DNA from: Octopus bimaculoides
Taxonomy: Eukaryota
Length of the DNA: 62,437 bases
Direction of reading: 5' to 3'
Assembly: GCF_001194135.2 (NCBI RefSeq)
Contig: NC_068985.1
Location: 168,095 to 230,531 of the forward strand
Below the pieces are notes generated by a model. It searched no databases. It was given only the letters and a program-made list of their open reading frames with translations, and was not told where the DNA came from. Every line of letters begins with the position of its first letter. Within the stretch, counting starts at the first letter, position 1. Positions 24,517 to 37,179 of this stretch are shown in pieces. The position numbers and the translations under genes are program-made.

Positions 24517-26554
24517 CTGAAATTCAGACATATTTCTAATTTCAACCCAAAGAATAATCAGAAGGAAAATAATACAAGGAAGACTTGACAAATAAATGAA
24601 AAATATTTTTGCATTTTGATATTTTTTTTTTTTTTATTGTTTAGCATGGCAGAGAAGAAAATGTTTTACAAGTGTTGGTCTCATATGAGCGTGAAGAACA
24701 TTCTGTCCATTCAGAAATCAATTAAATAACAGTCATAGTGCAAAATTCACTCTGCATCAGCTTGATAATTTAGGGTGGAATCTCTTCTTTGTTGAGTAAA
24801 GTAAATAACAGATATATTAATGCTTTACATATCCACCTCCAAAAAGAGAGGAATCTTCTGATTTGTGTTCAAACGAAGGTTATTAACTGATCTGAATTAA
24901 ATGAACACTTAATAGGATTAATTACTCAGAAAATTTCAAAAGACATCATAACTTATTTTCTGACTTGGAACTTTATTGCATATTGAAACTACTTTGACAA
25001 CAACTACCTCCACTTCAACTAAATAATGACAGTTCTAAACACCACAGTTCTAAATACTACAATACACTCACCAGTAACTCTAGAGGTAGAATCTATGCTC
25101 TGTACACAAGACATACAATGAAATGGAACATTTATTACGTTTTATAATGAACAGTTGTGCAAGTTGCTGGAAAACAGAGGAAGATGCAAAGAATAGCATA
25201 AGATTTCTTTGTTGAGAAAAATTTGAAGAAAGGTTTTATAATGGCACTAACTGCTAATAGTAAGTGGACTGGACAGTTGCCAAAGAAAGCTTTCGACTAA
25301 CTTTGTTTTGTTTCGATTCTTTTTAACCTCCTTCAAACATGTGTTCAAGCATAAAGAGCTCCCACACTTTCGAATATCTTCCAGAGTTCTATTTTTGTTC
25401 TGAAGAATCTGAAGTGTGTGTGTGGGGGGGGGGGCAGAGAAGGTATTGATAAAAGATATTATATGTGATTCATACACATGTACAAATAATAGTGACATTC
25501 TCTGAGAATAGTTACAGGGGAAAAAAAAAAGGCAAAGAAAAATATAGAGATATAAAACATTTCACATTGCATGAAATGTGCCTGGCAAAAGTCAGTTATT
25601 TATGTTTAGAAAATGGTATTAAAAAAACTATTATGTAACTGGCTATTTTGACCCAACAGTTGATTTCTGAAATGGTTATGATAGTTGTAGAATATTCTTG
25701 ATGCAATGCCAATAATTGTCAGTCTGTGAGTTATTGTAATTGTTGGAGGTCTCATTGCAAATTTGTAATTTAAGACAGAAATTTAATTATAATTATACTT
25801 TAGAAACATAAATGACTTGGGTTGAATACTTGTACAGATGAACAGAAATGGAAATTTTATGCAGAAATTGCAAGTAAAGAAGTATTAAAATAAATTAGAT
25901 TGGTTTCATTACTGCTACAAATAACCAAGCATAAGAACAAAACAGTTTCTTCAGAAACCTAATGTCCTGTTTTGTACTATGTCCAGTCTTTCAAGGAGGA
26001 AAAAAAAAAAAAAAAAGAGAAATTGCATTGTCTCTACAGTAAACTATACAATCTATTGGAGAATTGGCTAAAAAGACAAAATGAAATTTTCTTTGGGTTA
26101 AAAAGTGATTTTTCTATTTTGAATACATCTACACAGAAAGGATTTCATTCATTCTTTCAAAAATTATATAACAGAATAAATAGAATCAAACAGAAATGAA
26201 TTTTTATTTGATTTTTCTTTAAACAAATAATCAAGGTGAATTGCTGTTGCAGTTAGGGTTATTATTGACAATGGAAACTACTTCATTTATGTTCATAAAT
26301 GTCCTTAAATACTAAAGGATGTTTGTATAAAGATAATAACTACAGCATTCATTGTATATGAAACTATATCAAAGAGCTTATCCAAACTAATTTCTCATCT
26401 AAATACTTCATTTTTAATATCTGATAAAACATAATAATTAAATTTCACTAATAAAGATTATTTTGATAATCATTTACATTTAAAGATTATTATCTTTAAT
26501 TTTTTTATAATAATCTTTTAAAAAATAATTGTTTCAAATTTAAGCACAAAGCCA

Positions 26555-26928
26555 GCAATTTTAGTTATGTTGACCTCAGAATTTGACTGGTACTTCATTT
26601 TATTGACCCCCAAAAGGGTGATGGGCAAAAGTAGCCCATGAGTGATTTGAACTCAGAGTGAAGAGTTGGTAGATGTGCTAATGATTTTGCCAACTTAATA
26701 TCTTAAATATTACTTTCTACTCTAGGCACAAGGTCTGAAATTTTGGGGGAGGTGCCAGTTGATTAAATCTACCCCAGTACACAACTAGTTCTTAATCTAT
26801 CAATCTCGAAAGGATGATAGGCAAAGTCAACCTCAGTGGAATTTGAACTCAGAATGTAGCGGCAGACGAAATACCGCTAAGCACTTCGCCCGGTGAGCTA
26901 ACGTTTCTGCCAGCCCGCCGCCTTTCAA
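26555..26928 (-). mobile_element. Two tandem copies of a tRNA-headed SINE (Nin-domain-like body)
   Basis: Reverse match to 59385-59610: ttctgagttcaaattc...tttgcct.tcatcctttcg...; older copy 26555-26700, younger copy 26705-26928. Confidence 0.8.
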
Positions 26929-27383
26929 CATCTTAAATATTGCATATGGCAAGTGAGTGAGCTGACCAGAGTTACCGTCGGCACAAAAGTAACAACCAAG
27001 TTAGGATTAATACACAAACTATATAAAGGAAAAAAACATCTAATAATAATATTCATGTTGCCAAGAGAAATGTTCGTGTATGGATGATATATTGATATAG
27101 TGATTCAGTGATTATTAATCTGACAAACGTAAGAAAGGGTACTTAAATTGATATAAGGTTTTCTTCTCTTAATTGCATAAGCATTTTTGTTAAGGATTTT
27201 TTTTTCCTTACTACAGGAAATAAGATAGCATTCTCTTAACTATGGACAACATATATGGACACAACTGGTCAAGGTTAACTGAAAAGAGAATATCACATCT
27301 AATTAAAAATATGAGATGAGTAAAAATTAGAATAAGATTTCCATGGTCTTCCTTGATTGTATACAATGAAATCTTATACTTAC

Positions 27384-27481
27384 TGCTGACTGAAGTCCTA
27401 CAATCAAACCATTGTTGTCATATATAGGCTGTGAGAGAAGGTCATCGGGTCGCTGCCAAAGAAAACCATGATAATATTTTG
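27384..27481 (-). CDS. Internal exon B (phase 1 to 0)
   Basis: aattttctttgcag|CA AAA TAT ... TCA GCA|gtaagt; encodes (T)KYYHGFLWQRPDDLLSQPIYDNNGLIVGLQSA. Confidence 0.9.
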
Positions 27482-27969
27482 CTGCAAAGAAAATTTAAAG
27501 GCCCTTAGAAATATATGGAAAATAGATCAAAAATGAATTATGATTTTTAAATCTCATTCCAAGAAGATTTTCTTGTAAAATAATTGCAATGTTTACAATA
27601 GTAAAGAGAAAGATCCAAAACTCAGCTCTTACAACTGAGTCTCGTAGCTCAGCAACATTATCCAACAAACAAACGAGGAAACTAAATTTCACTTGGGACA
27701 GTAGCCATTTTGAATAGTCCTAATCATGCTGCAACCATTTTGTTCACTTGTTCATTTGTTTGTCTTTCTATCCTGGCATAAGTTGGACAGGCATTTATTT
27801 AAGGAAGTATTTTTATAGTTAGATGCTCTTCTTGTGGTTAACCCCTTTAAGCTTTTACAAGTAATAGGGTATTTTTATTCCACTCCTTAGCAAGCAGGAA
27901 TGTAAACATGATGAAACTGTGTTTTGGCTCAGACAATCTCCTGCAAGAAGTGGAAATAATAACTTTTAT

Positions 27970-28008
<39 letters not shown>

Positions 28009-28184
28009 TGTTATTCACTCATTTGTTTTAGTTCTGTTTCTCAGTGCTAGCATTGGTTAGACACACACACGCACATATATATACATATATACATACATAT
28101 ATATATATATACATATAATCAAAGCATTATTTTGCAGCCAGATGCCCTTCCTGTCACTAGCCCATACCTGCTTTTCAAGTAACA

Positions 28185-28485
28185 ACAACCTTGGACACCT
28201 TTTTGAGTTCCATATGACAAACACTCATGGACATGATTACAAAATCAAAAAAACAACACAGCAGCCATGACTTTTGGAAACATTTTTTCACGCTCAGAAT
28301 TGCTGGACCATGGAATAAACTACCCGTATCCCTCATTAGCTGTTGAGACACTACGTCCTTCAAAACTTCCATGCTTCCTGATATCTGCCAACAGTACACC
28401 TGATGGCCTTTTTTTTTCTTAGTTGTAGTGTTGTAGTGCACCTGAGCACTGTATACAACAATTTCTTTCATATATATATGTAAGG
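28185..28485 (+). mobile_element. CR1/L2-type LINE 3' end
   Basis: THGHDYKIKKQHSSHDFWKHFFTLRIAGPWNKLPVS...FKTSMLP...YT*. Confidence 0.8.
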
Positions 28486-28711
28486 GAACTTTTATTTCAG
28501 ACCTCATTGAAAGCATAAAGTGTGTGGATGATTTTTTTTGAAGTGACAAAAATACCAGTCATTGAGAGTGACACTTGTAGAGAATAAATGTAAGTACATA
28601 AACACATAGACACAAGCATGCATGTACACGAGTGCATTCATACATTTACATCATCATTATCACCATCGTGGTTGTTGTCCTCCTCCTCCTCCTCATCCTC
28701 CTCCTCCTAAT

Positions 28712-29120
28712 AGGCACAGGTGCTGCCATGTGATTCGGAGCTTGCTTCCCAACCACATGGTTCCAGGTTCAGTCCCACTGTGTAGCACCTTGGGAAAGTG
28801 TCTTCTCCTGTAGCCTCAAGCTGACCAAAGCCTTGTGAGTGGATATGGTAGGCGGAAACTGAAAGAAGCCTGTTGTATATATATTATAAGTCTATATTTA
28901 TTTGCGTGTGTTTGTGTCTATGTCCTCCTACCATCACTTGACAACTGACGTTGGTGTGTTTATGTACCCGTAACTTAGCAGTTCAGTAAAAGAGATTGAT
29001 AGCATAAGTATTAGGCTTACAGAGAATAATTGCTGAGGTTGACTGTTTCAACTAAAAACCTTTTAAAGTAGTAATCTAGCAGAAGTTGAAATGACTGAAA
29101 CAGGTAGAAGGATGAAAGAA
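28712..29120 (+). mobile_element. Near full-length tRNA-headed SINE
   Basis: Colinear with 38712-39125. Confidence 0.85.
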
Positions 29121-29149
29121 TCCTCCTCCCCTTCCTCCTCCTCCTCATC

Positions 29150-29640
29150 ACCAAAAACAACGTCAAGTGTCTGTTTTCCATGCTGGCATGGGTTGGATGG
29201 TTTGACAAGATCTGGTGAGCTATAGAGCTTCACTGAGCTCTAGTGTCAGCTTTGGCAAGGCTTCTATAGGTGGATGTTCTTCTTATATGACCGTCCCCAT
29301 CAACATTTAACTTCTGTTTTCTATGCTGGCATGGGTTGGATGGCTAGGCCAAGGCAGGTTCCAAAGTCTATCTTGGTTTGCTTTCTTCAGCTGGATCCCC
29401 TTCCTTAAGCCAACCACTTTTTATGTGGCATTACCACCAGTGCTTATTATGGGACATCATGGTTTTAGGATCTCAATTCTGTTGTGGTGGGTGGGTCTTC
29501 TTGATGTGCCTCCTATCTTCATCCTCTGTCATCTCCTTTGTTAGGCTCAGTATTTTGAGATCAGCCTTCAATACTTTGTCCTTGTCCTCCTGGGTCTCCC
29601 TTTTCAACAATGTCCCTCCACTTCAAGTGTATACATGTGT
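29150..29640 (-). mobile_element. Two adjacent degenerate RTE-tail copies
   Basis: ttttccatgctggcatgggttggatgg at about 29175 and about 29320. Confidence 0.7.
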
Positions 29641-30129
29641 GTGTGTGTGTGTGTGTGCGTGTGCGTGTGCGTATGTAGTCCACTGATGAGGTCCAGAGTT
29701 TCTCCATATAAGAGACACTAAGTAGTGCTCCAAAGATTCAAACTTAGACTCCGGTGTCTTTACAAGGGATTCGTACCGCAAAGTAAAGAATGGCTGTAAG
29801 AGGGATCAAGTTGAGTAGATATAGAGGCAATTATGTGGATCAACAAATTAGGTACATTAAATATATTAATTATAATAGTTTGAATATGAAATACAAAGTA
29901 TGTCTATATGTATACATGCAAAAGGTGGAAACTTTCAGAAGATGGATTTCTACGTATAAATATATAAATATTTATATTAATAAGTCCAACTTACACAGAG
30001 TACAAATGACAGAGAAAATTAAAAGGGTGGAAGAAAGGTGTTATAAGTCCAACAGCTGTTTTTGCGGGGCTCAGAGATCCATAACAATGCTGGTAGATGT
30101 GATTCATCTCAATATGTGGCTGTAATGGA

Positions 30130-30458
30130 TACAATATAATCAACATTGAATGAGACCTCCATCATCAGAGTAGGGAAGATCTTACATTTCAGATCTTAAT
30201 GCAGAGAAGCTCAAAGAAGTTCCTACCCCAACTATTATATTTGATATATTTAATGTAATTAATGTACCTAATTTGTTTATTTGCATAATTGTCCACCCCC
30301 CCACTATCTTCCCCTCTCTCATTCCTTTCTGTCGAAGAGCATAGGCTCAAAACATAAATGAATTTTCCATTCTTCCTGAGTGTCAAACCATTACACTTGC
30401 TTGCTGTTTCTGCACCTGTTTTCGTCTTGTTTTTCTGTAAATTTGAACTATATATATA
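30130..30458 (+). mobile_element. Penelope-like element terminus (putative)
   Basis: ctgtcgaagagcataggctcaaaac motif resembling PLE ends; partial inverted copy of its AT-rich segment at 29843-29880. Confidence 0.45.
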
Positions 30459-30504
30459 NNNNNNNNNNNNNNNNATATATATATATATATAAAACATATA
30501 TATG

Positions 30505-30680
30505 AGGGGAAGTGTGGCTGAGAAGTTTGCTTCCCAACCACATGGTTTTGGGGTTAGTCCCACTGTGACACCTTGGGAAACTGATTTCTACTTTAGCCCT
30601 AGGCCAACCAAAGACTTATATGAGTGGATTTTGTGGATGGAAACTGAAAAAGCCTGTCATATATACTTGCATATCTGTAT
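30505..30680 (+). mobile_element. 5' half of tRNA-headed SINE
   Basis: gtgtggctgagaagtttgcttcccaaccacatgg...actgaaaaagcc. Confidence 0.75.
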
Positions 30681-30849
30681 GTATATATGTGCAACCACAG
30701 TTTCTGTCAAATAATAATAATAATAAGTTATTGGTTAACTTGAGTCAATGGTAGAAGTCACCAAGTTGCTGCTGCACTGTGGGCCTGAGACTAAGATTGT
30801 GAAGTGATCTTTACAATGATGCCCACACCTCAGCCATGCTTCTGTCTCA

Positions 30850-33240
30850 CTTGTAACATTTCTACGACCATGAAAGACGAAGTGTGTTGGTCAATATATC
30901 TTCGTGGCTTACAAATTCTTTACCATTTTTACAGTTCCTGCAAGGTAACAATGTGCTACTAAGTTTCTCTGAGGATTAGTATGGTTTAGTAGTGTTAACA
31001 ATATGAGAGGTTTGGGCGAGTGAAGATTAGTAACAGTAGTATTTTGAAAAATTCATCTTAACCTGAAATCACTTAATGAAGAAGCGACTCCACAGAAGAA
31101 GCTGGTAACATTGACCCATTGGCAGTATTTTCATGATTAACAGATGTGCTTCAGGGAAAAAATATTTAGAAGTTATTTGACTGCCAAATAGTTTGTTTGC
31201 TGGAGAAGATTTGTATCCACCAATTGCATTGTAATGGCTGATTTAACAGAAGCTTTAATAAATATTTATTAAAACATTTCAGTTGATGGACTGGAACTAT
31301 TTAATGCAGACTTAATTGTTTGCACAGCCATTTCTGGTATGCCATTAGTTTTGGAGTATAGGTTGGACTTTTAATTTTCTTACTGCCAAATCAGTTTAAC
31401 CATTCCTTTAACTGAATGAACTCTGGTCAGTTGTCTGATTTGGACGCCAAAAAAAAAAAAAAAAAAAGAAAGGCTTCACTCTAAGTAGCAACTAAGTCAA
31501 CTACGAGCAGCAGATTCCCAGCATTTTGTGCATATCCTCAGTCCATCATCATCATCTCTGTTTAACGTCCTCCTTCCATGCTGGTATGGGTTGGACGGTT
31601 TGACAGGAGCTGGCCAGGCAGGAGCCTGTGCCATGCTTCTGTGTCTATTTTGGCAGGTTTTTTTTTATGGCTGGAAACACTTAACACTAACCACTCCACA
31701 AAGTAGGCTGAGGGCTTTTTACATGGCACTCGAACAGGTGAGGTCAGTTTTGGCATGTTGTTTTACAACTGGATGCCCTTCCTAATGCCAACCACTTCAC
31801 AGTGTGGACTGGGTACTTTTAAGTGGCACCTGCACTGGCAGGGTCACCAAGTAACTTTGCAAGACAAGGAATCTTTGAGAGGTGGTGGTGGTGGTGGTGG
31901 TGGGGGTGATTAGAAGAGGTAATCTTGTGTCAGATGATGAAAGGTTCGAGTGTGACAGAGAGACAGAAATAGATATCTTGCTGTAGAGGAGGTACATGGT
32001 TACCCAGTCAGAGAGAGGGGGAGAGAGAGAGGAAGAGAGGGAAACACAGATGAAATGCCATTAAGCGTTTTGCCCTGCACAGTAATGATTTGGCCATCTT
32101 ATGTTTACATAGTAAGAATACAACAAATATAACACAAAGCTTTGGCAACAAGAGTCAGTGTAGATGAGTTTGTAAAAGGAGGTTCTAAATCGACTTCACA
32201 ATTTTATTCTTAGTGGTCTCTAAATAGAATAAAAATAAGGATGTTTTACTGCATTGCAAATTATAAGTGACAAAATAATGAGACAAACTGTAAATGATGA
32301 TTCTACTTCAACAGATCTGAACAGCAATCCAAGGTGAAAAAGTGCTTGATATTAAAGAAATTTTGGCTATAGTGGAGGAAATAAAAATGATTGGCTGTCA
32401 TCATATAAAGGCTGGATGAAAACCTAAGATTGCTCAAAGCATTTTACAGCATTCTTCTGAGACATGAGAATTTAAAATTTATTCAGAAGCTTTATAGTGA
32501 AACTTGACTGTGAGATGCATTACATCCTTTCAGCTCTGCCTAACATATATTCATACACAAACCTATCAACATATCCAGGATTTATAGGCAATGACTGAAA
32601 AGAAACTGAGCTGCTCCTTGTTCTTTTCGCATACATTTTTCTTGCTAATTGATATTCAAGGATTATGAAAAGAACAGATAATTGGAATGAGAACTAAATG
32701 CTTCAATACTCTCAAAACAATTCACAAAGAAAATGTAAATAAGTATTATGTACCTAATAAAAACTGTGGGTGTTATAGCTGCTGATATATTAGAGCTAGC
32801 AAACCGTTTCAAAATTGTTTGCATATCTTCTAAAACTACTACATAAAGACTTCTCCATTTGCTCATTGAAGCCTTGTTGAAATACAGCTCAATTTTTTTC
32901 TGTTTAAATTATTAAAACTGTACTAAATAAAGTACAACTGAAACACTAAAAAAATCTCTTGACACATATCAATGTTCCAAACAAATTTAATAACTTGTGA
33001 TTCTCAATCTATCCGTTCAATATGGCCTTAATAAAGGAATATTGAAGCCTTGATGTAGTCACTTAATCTGTTAGAAATAAGTGCAATGTCTCCCACAATG
33101 TTCACTCTCAAACCTTAAAAAGTACTTGTAGATACTCTTCCTCCTCCTCCTTCTCCTTCTTTGAAGAGGAATTTCAAAATACTGCACCTGAAATCGCTAA
33201 TCCTCCATTTCCAGTTAGTGTTTCTACCAATAACACCAAA
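30850..33240 (-). mobile_element. Highly decayed Gypsy-type LTR pol (RNase H to integrase), interrupted at about 31540-32035
   Basis: Integrase-like LLLVVD, SDN*PEF, SPTYTP-(TN)GIPEMAVQTIKSAL; RNase H-like QPIIFISSTIAK. The upstream limit is uncertain. Confidence 0.6.
31540..32035 (-). mobile_element. RTE-tail element of a different subfamily inserted in the Gypsy relic
   Basis: Shared terminal about 170 nt with a different upstream body containing (GGT)n. Confidence 0.75.
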
Positions 33241-33249
33241 TGTAATTCA

Positions 33250-34210
33250 GTGGTTTTTGTCTTCTCTAAAATAGCTGTTGACAGCAAAGCCTACTCTGCA
33301 TTGAAAAGTAGAGTAGGCTTTATTCAACGCCTACTTTGGATGGATAGAATGTGTCCCTAATTCTTCCCTTTTATCTTGTGCTCATGCTATGAAATGTTTT
33401 GAGTCATCATAAGGAGCCTGGTATGAGTACCATCAAGACAGTCTTGAAGCTTCTTTACCTTAGTTCAGATTCTGAGAAGAGAGAAGAATGCTCTCTAATA
33501 TGCCCTGAAGAAAGCCAGCCTTTTATCCTTTTGTTGACTTCAAAATGCTTGATTGCTGGATGTTTTAAAGCTTGTTACATGTACTTCAGGCTTATCCAAG
33601 GTATTTGAAGTTCTTGACTTCCTTGAGTCGAGAACTATTGTTGTAAGAATCTGGCAGGTTGTTTTCCTCTGCATTGATGGTCATGAATTCAGTCTTTTTT
33701 ACATTGAGAAACAGGCTGACTTTGGCTGCAACATTCTCAAGATGTACCAACAAATCTTGCCTTCATACAGCCGATAAGCTGTGAGGGTAAGATCATCAGC
33801 ATAATCCGAGAGAAATGTGGTCTACTGATGTGTTGACTGCTTCTGCTTGAAGGCAAGGCTTTGTCTAGGATGGAATCAAGACTTTACCTAAAGATGTAGT
33901 CACAAAGAGAAAAAGAGATAGGGTCTTCAGGAAAGATGCCTGCTATTGCTGGAAACTCTTCAGTTGGACTGTCTGTGCTTTGCATAAAACTTGATTGGAT
34001 TTTGTACATGATGATGATTGCTTTGCCAGTCTCATCTGGGGTACCATAGTTCAATAGTATATGTAACATGGTCTTTCTATTTGCTCTATATCAACTGCCT
34101 TGAAGAAATCCACAAATAGACTTCATGCCTTTTGCTTGGAGATTCTAACCTTTTGTGATTTTTCTAGGAGCAAGGGTCTGTGATAGTGTCAATTTGTCTT
34201 TATGAAAGTG
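33250..34210 (-). mobile_element. Decayed RTE-X-like LINE RT fragment
   Basis: LHILLNYGTPD..KAIIIMYK..DSPTEEFPAIAGI; LSDYADDL; VKNFKYLG. Confidence 0.75.
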
Positions 34211-34639
34211 TTTTGATTCCATTTTAAGATCGGTTCAGTATGAATTCAAAATGCAAAATCACATTTTTGTCAACAGGAAAAAACAACAACAATATCTGTG
34301 TACAAACAGTACATTAGATCCATTGAGGGTTGTGACACTCCTACTTGGGTCCTTAATCTGTCTATAAAAAAAAATCACAACAAATTACAAGCTACACTAC
34401 AGTATCCTTTGGTTATCACAGATTGCCCAGAGACCAATTTACTGAACAAATGTACAAGTAAAAATGCATACTAGAGGTAAAGGATCTGCTGGACATACAA
34501 GGGGCATACATTTTGTCGCAGCAAATTCTAAGCCTGCTCAGTCACCATTACTTGAAGAAAAATCCCTTTCAAACAACTAAAGAACTACACAACTCTGTTA
34601 AACATGACTGCAACATCATATTAAGACTATTTTTCCAAT

Positions 34640-36115
34640 CTAATCTGGACAGCACTGGCATCGGCCATGACTATGATTTCAATGGATCTTCATAAGCACA
34701 GCATGTCACCCAATGATTGAAGGGTGCTTTTAACGGGCCAGTTATGCAACACTGGTATCAGCCATGACTATGATCTCACTTGGCTCGACAGGTCTTTTCA
34801 AACACGCCATGTCTCCAAAGGTCTTGGTTGCTTATTATTACCTCTGTGAGGCCCAATGATTGAAGGTCATACTTCACCATCTCATCTCAGATCTTCCTGG
34901 GTCTACCTCTTCCACAGATTCCTTCCATTGTTAGGGTGTGACACTTCTTCACACAGCTGTCCTCATCCATTCACAACACATGCCAATACCAGCACAGTTG
35001 TCTCTCCTGCAGACTACATCTGATGCTTCTTCTGTCCAACTTTTCTCTCAGGGTGATTACATTCTGTGGTGCATGCACACTGACATTACACATCCAGTGA
35101 GGCAAACTAGCTTCATTTCTTTCAAGCCTATGCATGTCCTCAGCAATCACGGCCCGTGTTTCACTGCCATGTAACATGGCTGTTCGTACACATGCGTCAT
35201 ACAGTCTGCCTTTTACTCTGAGTGAGAAGCCCTTTGTCACCAGCAGAGGTAGGAATTCTCTGAACTTTGCCCAGGCTTTTCTTATTCTTGCAGCCACACT
35301 CACAGAGTATCCACCCCCACTACTGATTTGGTCACCAAGGTAATGGAAGCTATCAATTACTTCTAGTTTTTCTCTCCTGGCATGTGATGGAAGCTGTTCT
35401 CTGCACATTTTCAGTGTTTATTGCCCCCAAGTATTTGCCACACACAAAAACCATCTTCCCAGTTAACCTTCCTTTGATATTGCTGTACCTCTTATGTGTC
35501 CATAGCTTACACTGAGTACATTTTATAGAGTTTCTACCTACGCCTTTTCTACAGATTGAGCAGAGCCATCTACCTGAAGGGATTTGTGATTTGTATGCCT
35601 TTCTACTTGCTAAGACTTTGTTTTTTGCTAGCTTAACTCTAAGGCCCTTCAATTCTAGACCATGCTTCCACACCCGAAACTTCTCTAGTTCTGGTAGTGA
35701 CTCAGCTATAAGAGCAAGGTCATCAGCATAGAGGAGCTCCCAGGGGCATCCTGACTTGAATTCCTCTGTTATTGCCTGGAGGATTAAATGGAGGCTGAGG
35801 ACTGATCCTTGGTGAACCTTTACTTGTTCCCTGAATTCTTCACTGTACTCATTGCCAGCCCTCACCTTACTGCCAGCATCCCTGTACATGGCTTGTACAG
35901 CTCTCACCAACAACTCTATCCCTAGTTTCCACATTGACCACCAGATAAGAGACCCCCTATCAAAAGTTTTTTTTTTCCATGTCTTTGGCTATGTATTTCT
36001 TCTGCAGTTGCCTTACCAGAAATATAGCATCAGTGGTGCTTCTCGCTGGCACAAAACCAAACTGTATCTCATCTAAACTAACTCTCTCCCTAATTAGTTG
36101 GGCTATGACCCTCTC
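34640..36115 (-). mobile_element. Best-preserved RTE RT region in the window
   Basis: ORFs 35353..35934 (HQGSVLS, GCPWELLYADD, Cys/His cluster) and 34971..35408 (FHYLGD, KGRLYDACVR). Confidence 0.95.
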
Positions 36116-36299
36116 CGTGACAGATATCAGAAATAATCAATCCCCAATATGCTCTTAATTATACAATCATTAAAAAGTAAATAAATTAAACTAATTTTAG
36201 TAATTATGCCTAGAATATGAAGATGATGTCATTACACAACTTTATTCCGGTTACATTCGTTTCCTGTGACCAGAGGAAGTATTTCATAGCTATAAATTG

Positions 36300-36915
36300 G
36301 TTTGTATGGGTGCTTTTTGCGTGGCACCAGCAACCATGAGCCTGCAAGGTTAGGAATGCTCAGCTGGAGAGAGATGCCAGGGACAGCCTGCATACAAGGA
36401 TAACCATGCTTTTACTGAGCTTCACATGTTTTTTTCAAGAACAGCAAACCACCAAGAGTCTCTGTCCCCTGTCATCCGCTCTGTGAGTCCTAACGTCCAT
36501 AGATCCTTTCTCATGATTTCATCCCACATCTTCTTGGGTCTACCCCTTCCACATGTTCCCTGTACAATTTGAGATCATCATCTCTTGATGCAGCTGTCTT
36601 CATTCATATACATTACCTTTGCCATACCAGCACAGTCTTCTCTCTTGCACACTTTGTATGATGTCTTGTATATCCAATTTTCTCACAAGTCACTTACACT
36701 CTGTCGTATATGCTTTTGCATGTCCTCAGTAGTCACAACCCATGTCTCACTGCCATGTAGCATAGCTGTTTGTACATAGGCATCATACAATCTACCTTTC
36801 ACTCTGATGGAGAGGTCCTTCATTATGAACAGTGGTAGTAGCTCTCTGAACTTTGCTTAGTCTATTTGTATTCTAGCAGACATGCTTTCACAACAATCTC
36901 TCCACTACTATTGAT
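36300..36915 (-). mobile_element. RTE 3' fragment of another subfamily
   Basis: Reverse KGRLYDAYVQTAMLHGSETWVV and GRPKKMWDE; distinct 3'UTR. Confidence 0.8.
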
Positions 36916-37001
36916 CACTTAAGAAACAGCAACTGTCTACTCCCCACTGACATTTGAGTGAGTCCTGGGTACAGGTACATGGAGGGACACAGCACTGTTG
37001 C

Positions 37002-37081
37002 TTTGAGACTGCAACCTGTTGACTGACAAAATTCTGTGCTGCATCACGGAATTTTGTCAGTGAACAGGTCACAGTCTCAAA
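37002..37081 (-). other. 80-nt hairpin, 37-bp stem and 6-nt loop
   Basis: tttgagactgcaacctgttgactgacaaaattctgtg / cacggaattttgtcagtgaacaggtcacagtctcaaa; 33 of 37 positions are Watson-Crick. Confidence 0.85.
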
Positions 37082-37179
37082 ATGACGAAAATATTTTGGC
37101 AAATTAAATTTAAATGTTGAAGTGAATCTAACGGTTTTTGTGTGTTTCTTAAATAGCTTATAAATACCTTCCACGCTGC

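Noticed and set aside
28175-28549. 124-aa minus-strand ORF
   Set aside because: It is the antisense of a CR1-type LINE 3' end.
29683-29760. CTGATGAG hammerhead core
   Set aside because: No closing stem II followed by GAAA, and no convincing stems I or III downstream.
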